DNA of 64,000 nucleotides from Escherichia coli (GCF_030013205.1 NZ_CP122648.1), one strand, 5' to 3'; positions 46,595 to 57,692 are shown, counted from the stretch's first letter. Notes: generated by a model from the sequence alone, not told the origin. Numbers and translations: made by a program.

Positions 46595-49500
46595 TCAGCT
46601 GATACTGATGCCTGCGGTGGCTTTCTTCATCACCACAACCAGCAAATCACTGATACTTGCTGTGGGATACCAACCATTTACCCACCATGCTGATACAGAA
46701 AACTCCAGCGTCATGTGACCGCGACCAGCAGGCATATCAATAACACCACTGTAAACCAGCGTATTATCCAGCGCGGTACGGTTATAAATTTCAGCACCGT
46801 TTTTCTTCACTATCAGGCGGCATGACGAATAAGTATCGCTGTTCTCCCGCTCATGTCTGGCACCGCTGAAAGCCACCGCCGGAATAACAATCTGCCGGTC
46901 AAACGGCTGATCGTCATAAACCCTGACGGTAATGGTCCCTGATGGCCACCGCTCCGGTGCACGGGAGTCCCGGGGGAAAGCTTTGCCCACCGTTTTAACA
47001 ATATCGCCTTCAATCTGGTTGGCTGACAGTTTTCCCAGAATCCGGCAGTTCTGATTAATCGTGACATTGTTGAGCGTCCCGGAGTTCGCATTCACGTTAC
47101 CGCTGATATCTGCATTTTTCGCCGTCAGCCGCCCGTCCGGTGTCAGGGAAAATGCCGGAGGATTACCGCCGCTGGTAATGGTGGGAGCCGTCAGGTATTT
47201 CAGGAACACTTCGTTCATGAATATCTGATCGCCCTGACCAACAAACATCGGCTTTGTGTTGCCATTCGCAGGATTAATCATCGCAATCCTGTCCGCCGCC
47301 AGCAGCACCTGACTCTGCATACCGTCAGGGGTATTCTCAATACCGGCACCAATACCCGCGATATAAAGGCGTCCGTCCTGCATCTGCTGCAGCTTCACAG
47401 CCCACATGCTGTTCAGGTTATTATTTGTATCAACCTGAACCTTCTGTATCTGCTGGATTGCCGCACTCTGGTCTTCCAGTTTCTTATTGACGGTCTGCGT
47501 GATTTCATTACTGACATCCGTGATGGACGTTCTGATTTCCGCCAGGTCAGGCGCAAGCTGACCGTTATCAATCTGCGTCCACAACTCCTGAGCCAGATGG
47601 GTTTTCCCTATCTCTCCTTTGAAAAAATCCAGATAGCCGGATGCATCATCACTCGGCTGGCCAACAGCCTCCACAAATGCCGATTTGCCAACGGTGTTCA
47701 CACTGCGGATGTAAAAATAATAATCATGGCCCGGCCTGATATTGATACTGGCAGCTATCCAGTACAGCGCCGTGCCAAGATAGCGCGCTGTGGTTTCAAC
47801 CTGTCTGATATCCGCAATCCGCTTTTCCGAGAACCAGAATTCAAACTGTACCGTCGGGTCATAAACGGCAAGATGCGGCGTGGCGGTTATCTGAAAATAC
47901 CCCGGTGTCAGCTCAATCCGCGACGGTGCTGCCGGTGCGGCAATCCGGAACGATACCGACGCCGGATCGCCCTGCTGCCCCCAGGCATTTGCCGCCCGGA
48001 CTGTCAGCCTGTAGTTTCCCAACGCCAGTTGCGTGAAGCGGTATGTGGTTTCCGTCGTCCGGGCCGTGCTGACCAGCCGCTCACTGCCGTCATCCGCTGC
48101 CACGGTCAGGCGAAGCATAAAGCTCACGCCCTTCACCACCTTCGGCGTGTCCCAGCGCGCCAGTACCTGATATTCCCCGCTGTCTGCGGTGACTTCGGCA
48201 GTCAGGTGCTGCACCGCTGGCGGCGTGACACCATTCACCGTGCCACTCTGGTCGCCGTCAAAGTGCGCCCCGTTATCCACGATGGCCTCTTTTTCCGGCA
48301 CATGCTGCACGGCGGTGATGGCATACGTGCCGTCGTCGTTCTCACGGATACTCACACAGCGGAACAGGCGCTGACGCAGCATCGGCAGCTTCAGCCCCCA
48401 CACGCTGTATTCGGCAACGCCGTCAGGAACACGGCTCACTTTTACCTTCACGCCGTCGGTGACGGACTGGACCTCCACGCTCACCGGATTACCCTGCCCG
48501 TCAACCAGGCTTATCAGCGTGGTGCCGGAGGATGGCAGCGTGATTTCACGGTCGAGCGTCAGCGTCCGGGTCTGGCTGTTCACCGCCAGCACGCGCCCGC
48601 CAATGCTGATCCCCGCATAGTCATCATCGCAGATTTCAATAACATCACCCGGTACATGGCGCAGCCCTTCTGCACCCACGCTGAAGTCCACGGTCTGCGT
48701 TTCCAGCAGTTCCGTTTTAATCAGCCACAGCCCGGCGCGGTGCGCCTGCCCCCGGCTGGTACAGCCAAAGGCATCCATTTTCGTGACGTTACGACCGTAA
48801 CGGGCAATGGCCTGCGTGTCCTCCACAAGCTCTGTTGCCGTTTCCCAGCCGTTATTCGGGTCAATCCAGTTCACCTCAACGGCATTATGGCGGTCCTTCA
48901 GGGCGCTGAAACTGTAGCGGAACGGCGCGCCATCATCCGGCATCACCACATTACTGCGGTTATAGGTCCACACCTTATCCGACGGCCGGTCCTGCACGAA
49001 CGTCAGCGTCTGCCCGTTCCATACCGGCATACAGCGCATCGCCGAGCAGAAATCACTGAGCACATCCCACGCCTTGCGCTGTGTGGTCAGGTACGCATTA
49101 CAGGTGATGCGCGGCTCCGTGCCACCAAAACCATCCGGCACCGACTGGTCGCAATACTGTCCGATGACATACAGCGCCCATTTGTCCACATCCGCCGCAC
49201 CAAGACGTTTCCCCATGCCGTAGCGCGGATGGGTCAGCATATCCCACAGACACCATGCCATGTTGTTGCTGTATGCCGGTTTAAACGTTCCGTCCCAGAT
49301 ACCGCTGTATTGCCGCCTCTGCGGGTTATAGTTCGACGGCACCTGCAGAATGCGCCCGCGAAGATGATAATTACGACTCACCTGCTGGCTGCCGAACTGT
49401 TCCGAGTCCACCTGCACGCCGACCAGTGCCGTGTTCGGGTAGCACTGTTTCACATCGATGATTTCGGTGTATGACGACCAGAGCGTTTTGTTCTGCAGCT

Positions 49501-50074
49501 GGTCTGTGGTGCTGTCCGGTGTCATCCTGCGCATCCGGATATTGAACGGGCGCGGAGGCAGATTATCCACCACCACCGAGGCCAGATACTGCGAGGTGGT
49601 TTTGCCCTTAATGGTGATGTCTTTTTCCGTCACCCAGCCACCGTTACGTTGTATCTGAACCAGCAGGCGAACTTCCGACGGATTCCGGTCCCCCTTTGAA
49701 GTGGTTTCCACCAGAGCCTGCACACCGAAGGTAAAGCGCAGACGGTCGATGTTTGCAGACGTGATGGTCCGGGTGATCGGCGTGTCATATTTCACTTCCG
49801 TACCCAGCACCGTCTCGGATCCGGAGGATTCAAAACCCTCCGGCGGTGTCTGCTCCTGCTCACCTGCCCGGAACACCACCGTGACACCGGCGATGTTGGT
49901 ATTCCCTTCACTGTCCAGCACCGGCGTACTGTTCAGCAGCACGCTTTTTAATCCATCCACCGGACCTTCTATCGGTCCTTCGCTGATGGCATCGATCACA
50001 CTCAGTAACTGCGTGGATTTCAGGTTGTCCTTCGCTTCGCGCGGGGTATGCCCCTTACTGCTGCCTTTACCCAT
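46595..50074 (-). CDS. Host-specificity / central tail fibre protein J (1159 aa)
   Basis: N-terminus [45 protein letters not shown].. as in lambda gpJ; fibronectin-III-like central repeats. Confidence 0.95.
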   Translation of the reverse strand: MGKGSSKGHTPREAKDNLKSTQLLSVIDAISEGPIEGPVDGLKSVLLNSTPVLDSEGNTNIAGVTVVFRAGEQEQTPPEGFESSGSETVLGTEVKYDTPITRTITSANIDRLRFTFGVQALVETTSKGDRNPSEVRLLVQIQRNGGWVTEKDITIKGKTTSQYLASVVVDNLPPRPFNIRMRRMTPDSTTDQLQNKTLWSSYTEIIDVKQCYPNTALVGVQVDSEQFGSQQVSRNYHLRGRILQVPSNYNPQRRQYSGIWDGTFKPAYSNNMAWCLWDMLTHPRYGMGKRLGAADVDKWALYVIGQYCDQSVPDGFGGTEPRITCNAYLTTQRKAWDVLSDFCSAMRCMPVWNGQTLTFVQDRPSDKVWTYNRSNVVMPDDGAPFRYSFSALKDRHNAVEVNWIDPNNGWETATELVEDTQAIARYGRNVTKMDAFGCTSRGQAHRAGLWLIKTELLETQTVDFSVGAEGLRHVPGDVIEICDDDYAGISIGGRVLAVNSQTRTLTLDREITLPSSGTTLISLVDGQGNPVSVEVQSVTDGVKVKVSRVPDGVAEYSVWGLKLPMLRQRLFRCVSIRENDDGTYAITAVQHVPEKEAIVDNGAHFDGDQSGTVNGVTPPAVQHLTAEVTADSGEYQVLARWDTPKVVKGVSFMLRLTVAADDGSERLVSTARTTETTYRFTQLALGNYRLTVRAANAWGQQGDPASVSFRIAAPAAPSRIELTPGYFQITATPHLAVYDPTVQFEFWFSEKRIADIRQVETTARYLGTALYWIAASINIRPGHDYYFYIRSVNTVGKSAFVEAVGQPSDDASGYLDFFKGEIGKTHLAQELWTQIDNGQLAPDLAEIRTSITDVSNEITQTVNKKLEDQSAAIQQIQKVQVDTNNNLNSMWAVKLQQMQDGRLYIAGIGAGIENTPDGMQSQVLLAADRIAMINPANGNTKPMFVGQGDQIFMNEVFLKYLTAPTITSGGNPPAFSLTPDGRLTAKNADISGNVNANSGTLNNVTINQNCRILGKLSANQIEGDIVKTVGKAFPRDSRAPERWPSGTITVRVYDDQPFDRQIVIPAVAFSGARHERENSDTYSSCRLIVKKNGAEIYNRTALDNTLVYSGVIDMPAGRGHMTLEFSVSAWWVNGWYPTASISDLLVVVMKKATAGISIS

Positions 50075-50134
50075 TCGTCATGCTCCATAAACGACAAAAC
50101 CGCCCGCAGGCGGTTTCACATAAAACATTTTGCA

Positions 50135-50782
50135 TCAGCGACCAATCACCACAACCTGACCACCATCCCCTTCGTCTGCCGTGCTGATCTCCTGAGAAAC
50201 CACCCGCGACCCCACACGCATTTCACCGTACAGAACAGGCAGAACATTGCCCTGAGCAACCATGTTATCCAGTGAGGAAAAATAGGTGTTCTGTTTGCCG
50301 TTATCTGTACTGGCTGCCGTGGACGTCCTGGCTTTCGGTGCCAGCATCTGCGCCACACCGCCCAGGATCATACTGGCCCCTGCCGCATACATGCCCGATA
50401 CAGCCGCGGCACCCAGCCAGCCCACAGGGTTCCACCATGCCACCGCAATCAACGCCGCCCCCAGCACCACCTGAAATACACCGCCACTTTTAGCTCCCGC
50501 CAGACGCGGCACGATATGGATCACGGCACCATTTGCCAGCGGCTCATTAAGACGGGCAGATAATTCGGTTTCACCTGCATCACGCCCGGCAATGCGCACC
50601 TGATACCAGCCGTCATTCAGTTTCTGACGAAACGCCGGGAGCTGTGTGGCCAGCGCCCGGATGGCTTCGGCCCCCGTTTTCACACGAAGGTCGATGCGGC
50701 GACCAAATCGTTGCAAATCCCCGTAAAGGCAGATGCGTGCCATGCCCGGTGACGCCAGAGGGAGTGTGTGCGTCGCTGCCAT
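50135..50782 (-). CDS. Tail assembly protein I
   Basis: MAATHTLPLASPGMARICLYGDLQRFGRRIDL.. matches lambda gpI; C-terminal ..GGQVVVIGR. Confidence 0.9.
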   Translation of the reverse strand: MAATHTLPLASPGMARICLYGDLQRFGRRIDLRVKTGAEAIRALATQLPAFRQKLNDGWYQVRIAGRDAGETELSARLNEPLANGAVIHIVPRLAGAKSGGVFQVVLGAALIAVAWWNPVGWLGAAAVSGMYAAGASMILGGVAQMLAPKARTSTAASTDNGKQNTYFSSLDNMVAQGNVLPVLYGEMRVGSRVVSQEISTADEGDGGQVVVIGR

Positions 50783-51423
50783 TTGTCGGTATACCTCTCT
50801 CGTTTGCTCAGTTGTTCAGGAATATGGTGCAGCAGCTCGCCGTCACCACAGTAAATGGCGGCATGATTCGGCACCGATGAACCAAAACAGCACAGCAGCA
50901 CATCGCCCGGCTGCGCCGCTGACAACGGCACCTGATACAGCCCTGTGGCCTCCAGATTATCCAGATAGAGATTCTGACCGTGACGCCACCAGTCATCCCC
51001 GCGATGAAAATCCGGCATCTCAATCCCCGCCAGATGATAAGCATCCCGGAACAGCGTGTAACAGTCCGTCACCCCGTGCTCAAAGCGCCGCCCGGTAAGA
51101 TGCGGCACACAGCGGAATTTATGAATCTCACCCCGGCAGACCAGCCACCACAGCAAATCACTCTGCACCTGCAGCCGCCGGTCGGCCTCACTCAGCCAGG
51201 GCAGACCACCGGGGTGGCTGTGGACCAGCGCCACAATCTCACCCTGCATCTCTGCCCGCAGCCAGTCCTCCGGCGACATCCGGAAATACGCCTCCGGCTC
51301 ACCGGAGATATTCACGCAGGGAAAATATCTTTCCCCCTCCGGCGTTCTCACCACGAAGCCGCACGACTCCGCTGGCGCACATCGCCGGGCGTGCGCCAGA
51401 ATCGCTGATTCTGTCTGTGTCAT
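50680..51423 (-). CDS. Tail tip assembly protein K (JAB/MPN + NlpC/P60 domains)
   Basis: Start MTQTESAILAHARRC; HSHPGG (JAMM-like) motif; Cys/His NlpC/P60-type region; 3' end overlaps the I ORF. Confidence 0.85.
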   Translation of the reverse strand: MTQTESAILAHARRCAPAESCGFVVRTPEGERYFPCVNISGEPEAYFRMSPEDWLRAEMQGEIVALVHSHPGGLPWLSEADRRLQVQSDLLWWLVCRGEIHKFRCVPHLTGRRFEHGVTDCYTLFRDAYHLAGIEMPDFHRGDDWWRHGQNLYLDNLEATGLYQVPLSAAQPGDVLLCCFGSSVPNHAAIYCGDGELLHHIPEQLSKRERYTDKWQRRTHSLWRHRAWHASAFTGICNDLVAASTFV

Positions 51424-51427
51424 GGGA

Positions 51428-52126
51428 TTACTGCGAAAGTTTGTTAATGGAAAGGAAGCCGCCAAAGTTGCCGACGTTATTGCGAAACTTACAACCACTC
51501 AGGCATTTGCTGCATTTATCCTTCGTGATATCGGACGTCGGCTGGTCATATTCATCCGCGACAGCCGGACCGTGATAACCGCACTCATCACCGCGATAGG
51601 TCCAGGTGCAGGTATTAGCCAGCATGATGCGCCCCGGAAAAACAGCACCGTCCGTTTCCGTCGGCGTGGACAGTACAAAAGAGGCACTGACCGCGCTCAG
51701 TTCGCTGCACTGCTCGATGCGCCAGCGGCTGATCACCTCCTGCTCCGGATCGGCGTCACTGTTTCCGTTGACGAAGTTCACCGCATCCAGAAAACGGGCG
51801 TAAACCTTACGCCTGACCACCGTTCCGCCGACCAGACTCTGCAGGTCTTCCGCCATCCCGGTGACCATTCCGTGCAGGTTAGAAACCGTCAGTGTCGGAC
51901 GGGCAGCACTGCCCTTGCCGTTCAGTTCAAATCCCGTCCCCTGAATGGGGTATGCCTGATACTGCCGCCCCTGCCAGGTAACCGGCTCACCTTTTTCGTT
52001 CTGCTCATTACAGAAAAAATAACGTTCACCACCGACCTCTGTCAGATCGATTTCCCAGAGCACCGCCTGGGCTGACTGAGTGAGGCGTGTCGTCTCATGA
52101 TGTGTTTCCTGTGGAATATCCTGCAT
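51428..52126 (-). CDS. Tail tip protein L (232 aa)
   Basis: 232-aa ORF in gpL position with C-terminal Cys cluster (CSKCLSGCKFRNN). Confidence 0.85.
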   Translation of the reverse strand: MQDIPQETHHETTRLTQSAQAVLWEIDLTEVGGERYFFCNEQNEKGEPVTWQGRQYQAYPIQGTGFELNGKGSAARPTLTVSNLHGMVTGMAEDLQSLVGGTVVRRKVYARFLDAVNFVNGNSDADPEQEVISRWRIEQCSELSAVSASFVLSTPTETDGAVFPGRIMLANTCTWTYRGDECGYHGPAVADEYDQPTSDITKDKCSKCLSGCKFRNNVGNFGGFLSINKLSQ

Positions 52127-52135
52127 CAGAGCCTC

Positions 52136-52465
52136 CTATGCCACGACCTGTTCAAAATCTGCCGTTATGGTTACCCACAACGCCCCCACGCTTGCCGACC
52201 ATTTACGACAAACCACCCTGATCGGCTTCCAGTCATAAGGTGGCGTCCACTGAAATGCGCGGACGCCACCGTGCCGTTCCAGAAAGGATTTTAAAGATGG
52301 GTGTTCACATTTACGAACACGTATCGTCACGCTGTAAGTCGACAACTGGTTATTCAGTCCCGCCGCACGACGCTGTTCATAACCATCGCCCAGCTTCACT
52401 GTCACCACTTTCGGCTCTGATACCACATTCATATCCGGGCGCACTTTCCAGTGAAACGTCTCCAT
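52136..52465 (-). CDS. Minor tail protein M (109 aa)
   Basis: 109-aa ORF in gpM position immediately upstream of L. Confidence 0.8.
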   Translation of the reverse strand: METFHWKVRPDMNVVSEPKVVTVKLGDGYEQRRAAGLNNQLSTYSVTIRVRKCEHPSLKSFLERHGGVRAFQWTPPYDWKPIRVVCRKWSASVGALWVTITADFEQVVA

Positions 52466-53250
52466 TACCGATATGCTCCACTTAACCGACCACCATCACG
52501 GGCCTGCTGTTGCATAAAGTCCGCTGCCGCTTTTTTCCCAAGGTCATAAACCACCTTCAGGGCAGCAGGACCTATCTGCCCGTTCGTGCCATCGTTATTG
52601 ATCTCGATGTTGTACTGCGGGGCAAACATCGCCATACCTGAACCACCAATATCCGCCACAACCCCCAGCTTACCGTCAGCACCACGACGCAGTGGCAGAA
52701 TGGCTTCAGGTCCAGCTTCCCCCATCACACCCGCGCCTTTTGCAAAAGCAAAAAACGTCGGACGGTTAACCACCGTGCCACTGTAGCGACTCAAATCAGC
52801 CGACTGATAAACACCGCCATCAGCATTGGCTACAAAATCAAAAGGCAGCGCGGAAGCAATGCCTTTTACCGCTTTCATTAAAGCTATCTGAGCCATGATT
52901 CTGGACATATCTGACAGCACAGAAGAGGTGAAGGATTTGAAATTGAGTTTGCCTGTAGTACAGAATGTCGCCAGCCAGTCACTCATGCTACTGAACGCAG
53001 ACGTGAACAACTGTTCCACTGTCCCGGCTGTGTTATCCGCATTCTCAGTGACATTCTGGAGTGCACGCAGGACTCCGTTTTTCCAATTACCCTGAGCAAT
53101 TTCAAGCCGTTGCCAGTAACGGCGATTCTCATTCAGTTGTCGGTTCAGACTCTCCGTCAGCGCCTGCTCGGCCTTTCTGTAGTCATCCGTGTTATATGTC
53201 CCTTTCTGCTCACTATCATGCCTTTCGGTGACATCAGTGTGTCTATCCAT
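52465..53250 (-). pseudogene. Tape-measure protein (gpH-like), C-terminal remnant only (~261 aa)
   Basis: ORF occupies the H position upstream of M but is far too short for a tape measure (lambda H is ~850 aa); abuts a truncated terminase gene. Confidence 0.6.
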
Positions 53251-53284
53251 CCGGCACGGTTAGCCAGCGTTATCCCGGATCCCC

Positions 53285-54079
53285 TCAGCCGGTCATGGCA
53301 TCCATAGCTGGCTGAAAATATTCACCGCAGTGCGGACATGGCCAGTACCAGCGGCGGCGGTCACCACGATTGTAAAGGGAAAGAATACCAGTCGTCGGTG
53401 GCGCTTCATGAGGCGACTTACGTCGCCATTTGCTGTCGCAGATGTCACGTCCCGGCGAGCTCTCCACCAGAGTCATCCCGGCGGACATAAATGTGGTGGT
53501 ACGTTTTGAGGCCAGGGAGAAACCATCACCCTCGCTGTCGATATTCTCCGGAAAACGGTCGTAATCGGTTAAGGCGACAAACCGGTAATCCGACGACGAC
53601 ATAATGTTGACCGAGGGCCAACCAATTTTAAGGAACGAGCCATCCCTGAACGTCTTATCATGGACATTATTGTCGTTACGACGTGGACTCATTCTTTTCT
53701 TTACCGCCGCACTGCTTCTGAACGTTCTGTCGAGGCGCTTTTTAGAATGCTCGCGGGCCTTATCTTCGGTCATCTGCACAACGAGCATGTCCGAAGGATC
53801 GCAAACGATGGTATAGACAATCCATCCATCGATCAGACCAATGGTCTTCCCTGTTCGCGCAGGACCAACAAAAATCACCGCATCGTATTCACGCGATGCC
53901 AGGCAGTTCATGGGCTCAATGATGTAGGGTGTCAGTTCAGGATCCCATGGCACCGAGTTACCAGCCCCCTTGGGAACACGCATGAATTTTTTAACAGCCT
54001 CCGAAATCGGCATGCGACGTGGTGGGGAAAATCCTGCCGATATGTCCCTTCCCAAATTTCGGGCTGATGAAAAACCCAT
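53285..54079 (-). pseudogene. Terminase large subunit (GpA family), N-terminal ATPase fragment (264 aa)
   Basis: Walker A VGPARTGKT; ..WYWPCPHCGEYFQP.. parallels the lambda gpA zinc motif; reading frame ends after 264 aa at 53285 where full-length terminases continue >350 aa. Confidence 0.7.
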
Positions 54080-54087
54080 TATTCCTC

Positions 54088-54627
54088 CTAGAGACTCTCT
54101 CCTTCCTCATCAGGAATTAATTCAGCAGCACAAGCCTCGTAGGATTTTTCCTGAAGAGTGTATCGCAGGTCATCAATGGCCTGCTGTACAACGCCGACGG
54201 CCTGAGGAGTCAGAGCGCAATCGCGTTCAAGAACATCCGGAATTGTCTCCAGAACCTGGACGACAGCCTTTCTCATGGACGAATAGACGATGACTACTTC
54301 ATCAACTGGGATGAGTTTTCGCTGCTCCTTTTCCAGCTTGATCCTTTCATTTTCAGACTGGTACCAGTCCTTTCTCTCTTTCGGCTCCATACGGGATGGA
54401 TCATGAACAGAGTCTGCTGCCTCATGCTTCACACTAAACAGGGCGGGCCCGACATGCTGCAGGGCGTAAACGGGGTTCCCCCTGACAGTCGCAGCCACAG
54501 GAGTGTTGGCCGCGAGGAGCCGTTTTTTTACTGTGTCCCGGTGAAGCCCAAAGGCCTCGGCGATTTTAAAAACACTCCAGTAATAAGCATCACCGATCCC
54601 GCTCACATTTGACATAAGCAACTCCAT
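54088..54627 (-). CDS. Terminase small subunit (Nu1-like)
   Basis: N-terminal winged-HTH region then coiled-coil (..KERKDWYQSENERIKLEKEQRKL..); directly upstream of the terminase large subunit fragment. Confidence 0.65.
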   Translation of the reverse strand: MELLMSNVSGIGDAYYWSVFKIAEAFGLHRDTVKKRLLAANTPVAATVRGNPVYALQHVGPALFSVKHEAADSVHDPSRMEPKERKDWYQSENERIKLEKEQRKLIPVDEVVIVYSSMRKAVVQVLETIPDVLERDCALTPQAVGVVQQAIDDLRYTLQEKSYEACAAELIPDEEGESL

Positions 54628-55039
54628 CTGGCAGGTGAAAATCAGGTTTATTTATATATTTCAATTAATTGCAAACTGGTCTAATGACAGGAAGAAAAAA
54701 ATATTGTACAGGTGAAAAGGGAAATAACTTTTAATTATCAATAAATTACCAAACATGCTGCCGCCGCCATGGAAATGCAAAAACTAGCCTTTTTCCGCGA
54801 CGCTCCCGCCCCGTGGCAAGGCCACCCCACCGGGAGGACCCATGAAAAATGAGAGCAATTATCATTTATGCTCAATTAAACATCAGCATTATCGCAGCCC
54901 CTCACTGAAGGACTGCTGTAATGCTGATTGTTCAACATCAAAAAACCCAATCTGTTGCAAGTTATAAAAGCAACAAACGACATTGCGCGTTAAGATTTTC
55001 TTAATATTTAAGAAATATATTTTTTAATCTCATTTATTT

Positions 55040-55633
55040 TTGCAAAAGACTTTTCATATGCAGCGTCGAGAAATAAAGAAAATTACTTATTTAATCACTT
55101 TGATTTTAACTACTCTTTTGTTTGTTTATTTTTTAAGAACACCCACCACAATCAATATGAAACAGGCGCATAAAATAAATCAACAACACCAGACAATTTT
55201 CCTTATCCGTCACGGTGAACGATGTGACAGAAGCAAAAATGCATGTCTCTCAAGCAATAAAGGAATTACCGTCAATGGTGCCATTAAAGCTCGTGATTAT
55301 GGAAAAATATTTAGCAATACTTTCCCGTCATTCAGCCTTTACTCCACGGATACCATACGGACAATGCAGACAGCCTGTTTTTTCTCTGGAGGAAAAGCAG
55401 CCTCCCGGATACCGTTGGCTGCAACATGTGGACTTGATGCTGCAAAGAACATACTCAAATTGTCATCCGATAATAAAACTACCGTTATATTCACCCATAA
55501 TCATTGCCTGACACAAATAGCAAAAAAAATGAAATGGTGGAAGTTAAAGCCAGAATATCTTGAAACACTGGTTCTTCATATCGAAAACAATCGTCTCATT
55601 CTTGACGGAAAACTGACTCACGATAAAGCGTAA
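55040..55633 (+). CDS. Periplasmic histidine phosphatase, Ais/PmrG-like (LPS core heptose-phosphate phosphatase homologue); start may be 55058
   Basis: Signal/TM segment then LIRHGERCDRSKNACLS...GITVNG...LYSTDTIRT.QTA...IFTHNHCLTQIAK, collinear with Ais (..LFRHAERCDRSTNQCLS..GITVKG..LYSSNTVRT..IFTHNHCLTYIAK); opposite strand to the late genes. Confidence 0.75.
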   Translation: MQKTFHMQRREIKKITYLITLILTTLLFVYFLRTPTTINMKQAHKINQQHQTIFLIRHGERCDRSKNACLSSNKGITVNGAIKARDYGKIFSNTFPSFSLYSTDTIRTMQTACFFSGGKAASRIPLAATCGLDAAKNILKLSSDNKTTVIFTHNHCLTQIAKKMKWWKLKPEYLETLVLHIENNRLILDGKLTHDKA

Positions 55634-55667
55634 CAATCATTCAAAGAGTCAACATATTTTCTGCATT

Positions 55668-55699
55668 AACCCCGAACAGTTCCTCTGCCGGGGTTTTGT
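55668..55699. terminator. Hairpin plus T-tract terminator after the ais-like gene
   Basis: AACCCCG..(loop)..CGGGGTTTTGTATT. Confidence 0.6.
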
Positions 55700-55704
55700 A
55701 TTAG

Positions 55705-56088
55705 TTATCGCCTCAACTGAAAATGCGGTCCGTCTTTCAGTGTTTTCCAGTCCCCGCCCCATTCGATGGCAGTTCCCAGCTCTGCGGCAGCCTGCTTAAA
55801 TGCCTGCGCTATTTTCTCGTACAGAGGCCAGTCCCATGACACCTGGCTGCCAACCCAGGCAACAACATCCACCGCATCACCGGTCAGGTGGCGGCTGTTC
55901 ATGGTCTGGCTTTTCCCTTCCGCGACCAGCTGTTTCTGGCGTTCTTTCGTGCGCAGCCCTTCCGTAATACCGAAATCAACCTCCGTCAGCTCCAGCGCAC
56001 GGCGAACGACAGCAACCAGCTGTGGTTTAACGCCCTCCAGATTCTTTTCGCTGCGACGACTAAATCTGAATTTACCCGACATATTCAC
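55705..56088 (-). CDS. Endolysin, peptidase M15 (L-alanyl-D-glutamate peptidase type, 127 aa)
   Basis: Zinc-binding layout SRHLTGDAVDV...DGPHFQL (H-D-H of M15/VanY-like); last gene of the lysis cassette. Confidence 0.75.
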   Translation of the reverse strand: MNMSGKFRFSRRSEKNLEGVKPQLVAVVRRALELTEVDFGITEGLRTKERQKQLVAEGKSQTMNSRHLTGDAVDVVAWVGSQVSWDWPLYEKIAQAFKQAAAELGTAIEWGGDWKTLKDGPHFQLRR

Positions 56089-56360
56089 CTCAACAATGGA
56101 AAGATTTTTGTGACGTTCCCGCGCGCGCGTATCACCAGCACGCAGAACAGCAGATTAAAAAACACTTCAGGCCAGCCCGTTGCTAACGGGCGACCACACA
56201 GATAGCTGAGGGGCGCAAAGGCATACAGCAGCATCAGCAGCCAGGCCAGCCATGACATCAGCGGTTTATGTCTGGAATCACGGCGACGATAAAAAAAGAA
56301 CGTCAGCACGATAACCGTGCATAACGCCACATTCAGCAATCCGGGAAGGTTACTTAACAT
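56085..56360 (-). CDS. Small membrane protein of the lysis cassette (possible holin partner or spanin-like, 91 aa)
   Basis: 91-aa ORF with 2-3 TM helices, overlapping holin stop and endolysin start. Confidence 0.45.
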   Translation of the reverse strand: MLSNLPGLLNVALCTVIVLTFFFYRRRDSRHKPLMSWLAWLLMLLYAFAPLSYLCGRPLATGWPEVFFNLLFCVLVIRARGNVTKIFPLLR

Positions 56361-56742
56361 TGCCGCCTCCTCCGCCCCTCAGGCGGGAGAACAGGCCGGA
56401 CACCAGTGATGCGATATCCTGCTGGTGGATGAATGACAGAATCTTCACTGACACCACCGATACCAGCACCGCACACAGCGCATCTGCCGATGTACCGTCA
56501 TACCCTGTTTTTGATGTAATCCAGGCTGACAGCACACGTGCTCCCAGCACGCCGACGATAAACGACACCAGAAAATGCGCCGCCACACGCCAGGCGGAAA
56601 TCTTCTGCGGCACAGTTGCCACAAACAAAGCCCCCGCGAACGCACCAAACACAATCCCGAAATCCGTTCCGGTGAACAGCCCGAATACCGTCGCCCCTCC
56701 GAGCGCAGCCGCCGTGCCGGAACCGGATAAGGGTTCAGACAT
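56350..56742 (-). CDS. Putative holin (130 aa)
   Basis: Gly/Ala-rich TM helices, C-terminal charged tail; first gene of lysis cassette; AGGAG RBS. Confidence 0.6.
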   Translation of the reverse strand: MSEPLSGSGTAAALGGATVFGLFTGTDFGIVFGAFAGALFVATVPQKISAWRVAAHFLVSFIVGVLGARVLSAWITSKTGYDGTSADALCAVLVSVVSVKILSFIHQQDIASLVSGLFSRLRGGGGGNVK

Positions 56743-56767
56743 ACTTTTTTCTCCTGTAAATAAAAAA

Positions 56768-56783
56768 GGGCCACCAGCGGCCC
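56768..56783 (-). terminator. Intrinsic terminator immediately upstream of holin (tR'-like)
   Basis: Minus strand: GGGCCGCTGGTGGCCC hairpin followed by TTTTTT, ~10 nt before the holin RBS. Confidence 0.6.
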
Positions 56784-56918
56784 GTAAAAAAACAACACCC
56801 CGTCAAAGGCACCCGCAGATACCTTTTGTGTGGTGTATTCAGATTTGACATACGCTGAGCAGGGCGAAGAAATGAAAAAGGCCCGCAGTAGCGAGCCATG
56901 AAGAAACTGAATAAAAAA

Positions 56919-56938
56919 AACCGCCTGGTACGGCGGTT
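56919..56938 (-). terminator. Second upstream intrinsic terminator (minus strand)
   Basis: Minus strand: AACCGCC-gtacca-GGCGGTT followed by T8. Confidence 0.65.
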
Positions 56939-57200
56939 AAGATGAATTTCCAGGTTTTGCTTAATACGTGATTAATCTCAACGTTTTTTATAGATGTTAA
57001 CAACATCGGAATGATGCATCACCGGCCCTGTCAGGAAATACAAAATCTCCACCGATAATGCACCATTACGCTGTTGTAAAAAGACAGCACTGGACTGTAA
57101 CCGATATCACGTATTACAGAACAGGATGTGGATAAAGATTCAGGAAAACATCCCACATATAATATGTCAGTGCCCAAAACAACTTGGTATCGTCTACTGC

Positions 57201-57275
<75 letters not shown>

Positions 57276-57692
57276 ATACTATGCGGTCTTCAGTAATCAC
57301 ACGAATTACCGTGAAAGCCAGCACTGGTCTTTCCGACGGTAGTAACACCCCTGTGAACACCAAAATAACCGTCTTCCAGACCGACGAGAATACTAACGAC
57401 ATTTTTTCAGATATCAAAAATATATTTTGTTTTTAGTTTTTAATATATGTATGCATCTGTATCAGAAATATACAATTTATATCATTACTAAATTAAAAAC
57501 ATTTCTCTGACGTCTGATTAAAACGTTCCTGTTCCAGTTCCGCGCCAATCACACATGGTCATTGCGTTTTACCAGTCCATCGCCACTATCAGGCTGACCA
57601 GGGGACGCCCCACCCGAACTGCTGAGAATGCCAGGCACACAAAGAATAATGCCCGCCAAAGCGTTCCTGCATACAATGACTGCAAAATTCAG

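Noticed and set aside
47597-49474. 625-aa ORF on the plus strand inside the J gene
   Set aside because: Antisense shadow ORF within a GC-rich, well-supported J coding region; Arg/His-rich low-complexity translation.
54628-55039. Possible cos site / packaging signal upstream of the terminase small subunit gene
   Set aside because: Expected by position, but I could not identify a convincing cosN-like symmetric sequence by eye; left uncalled.
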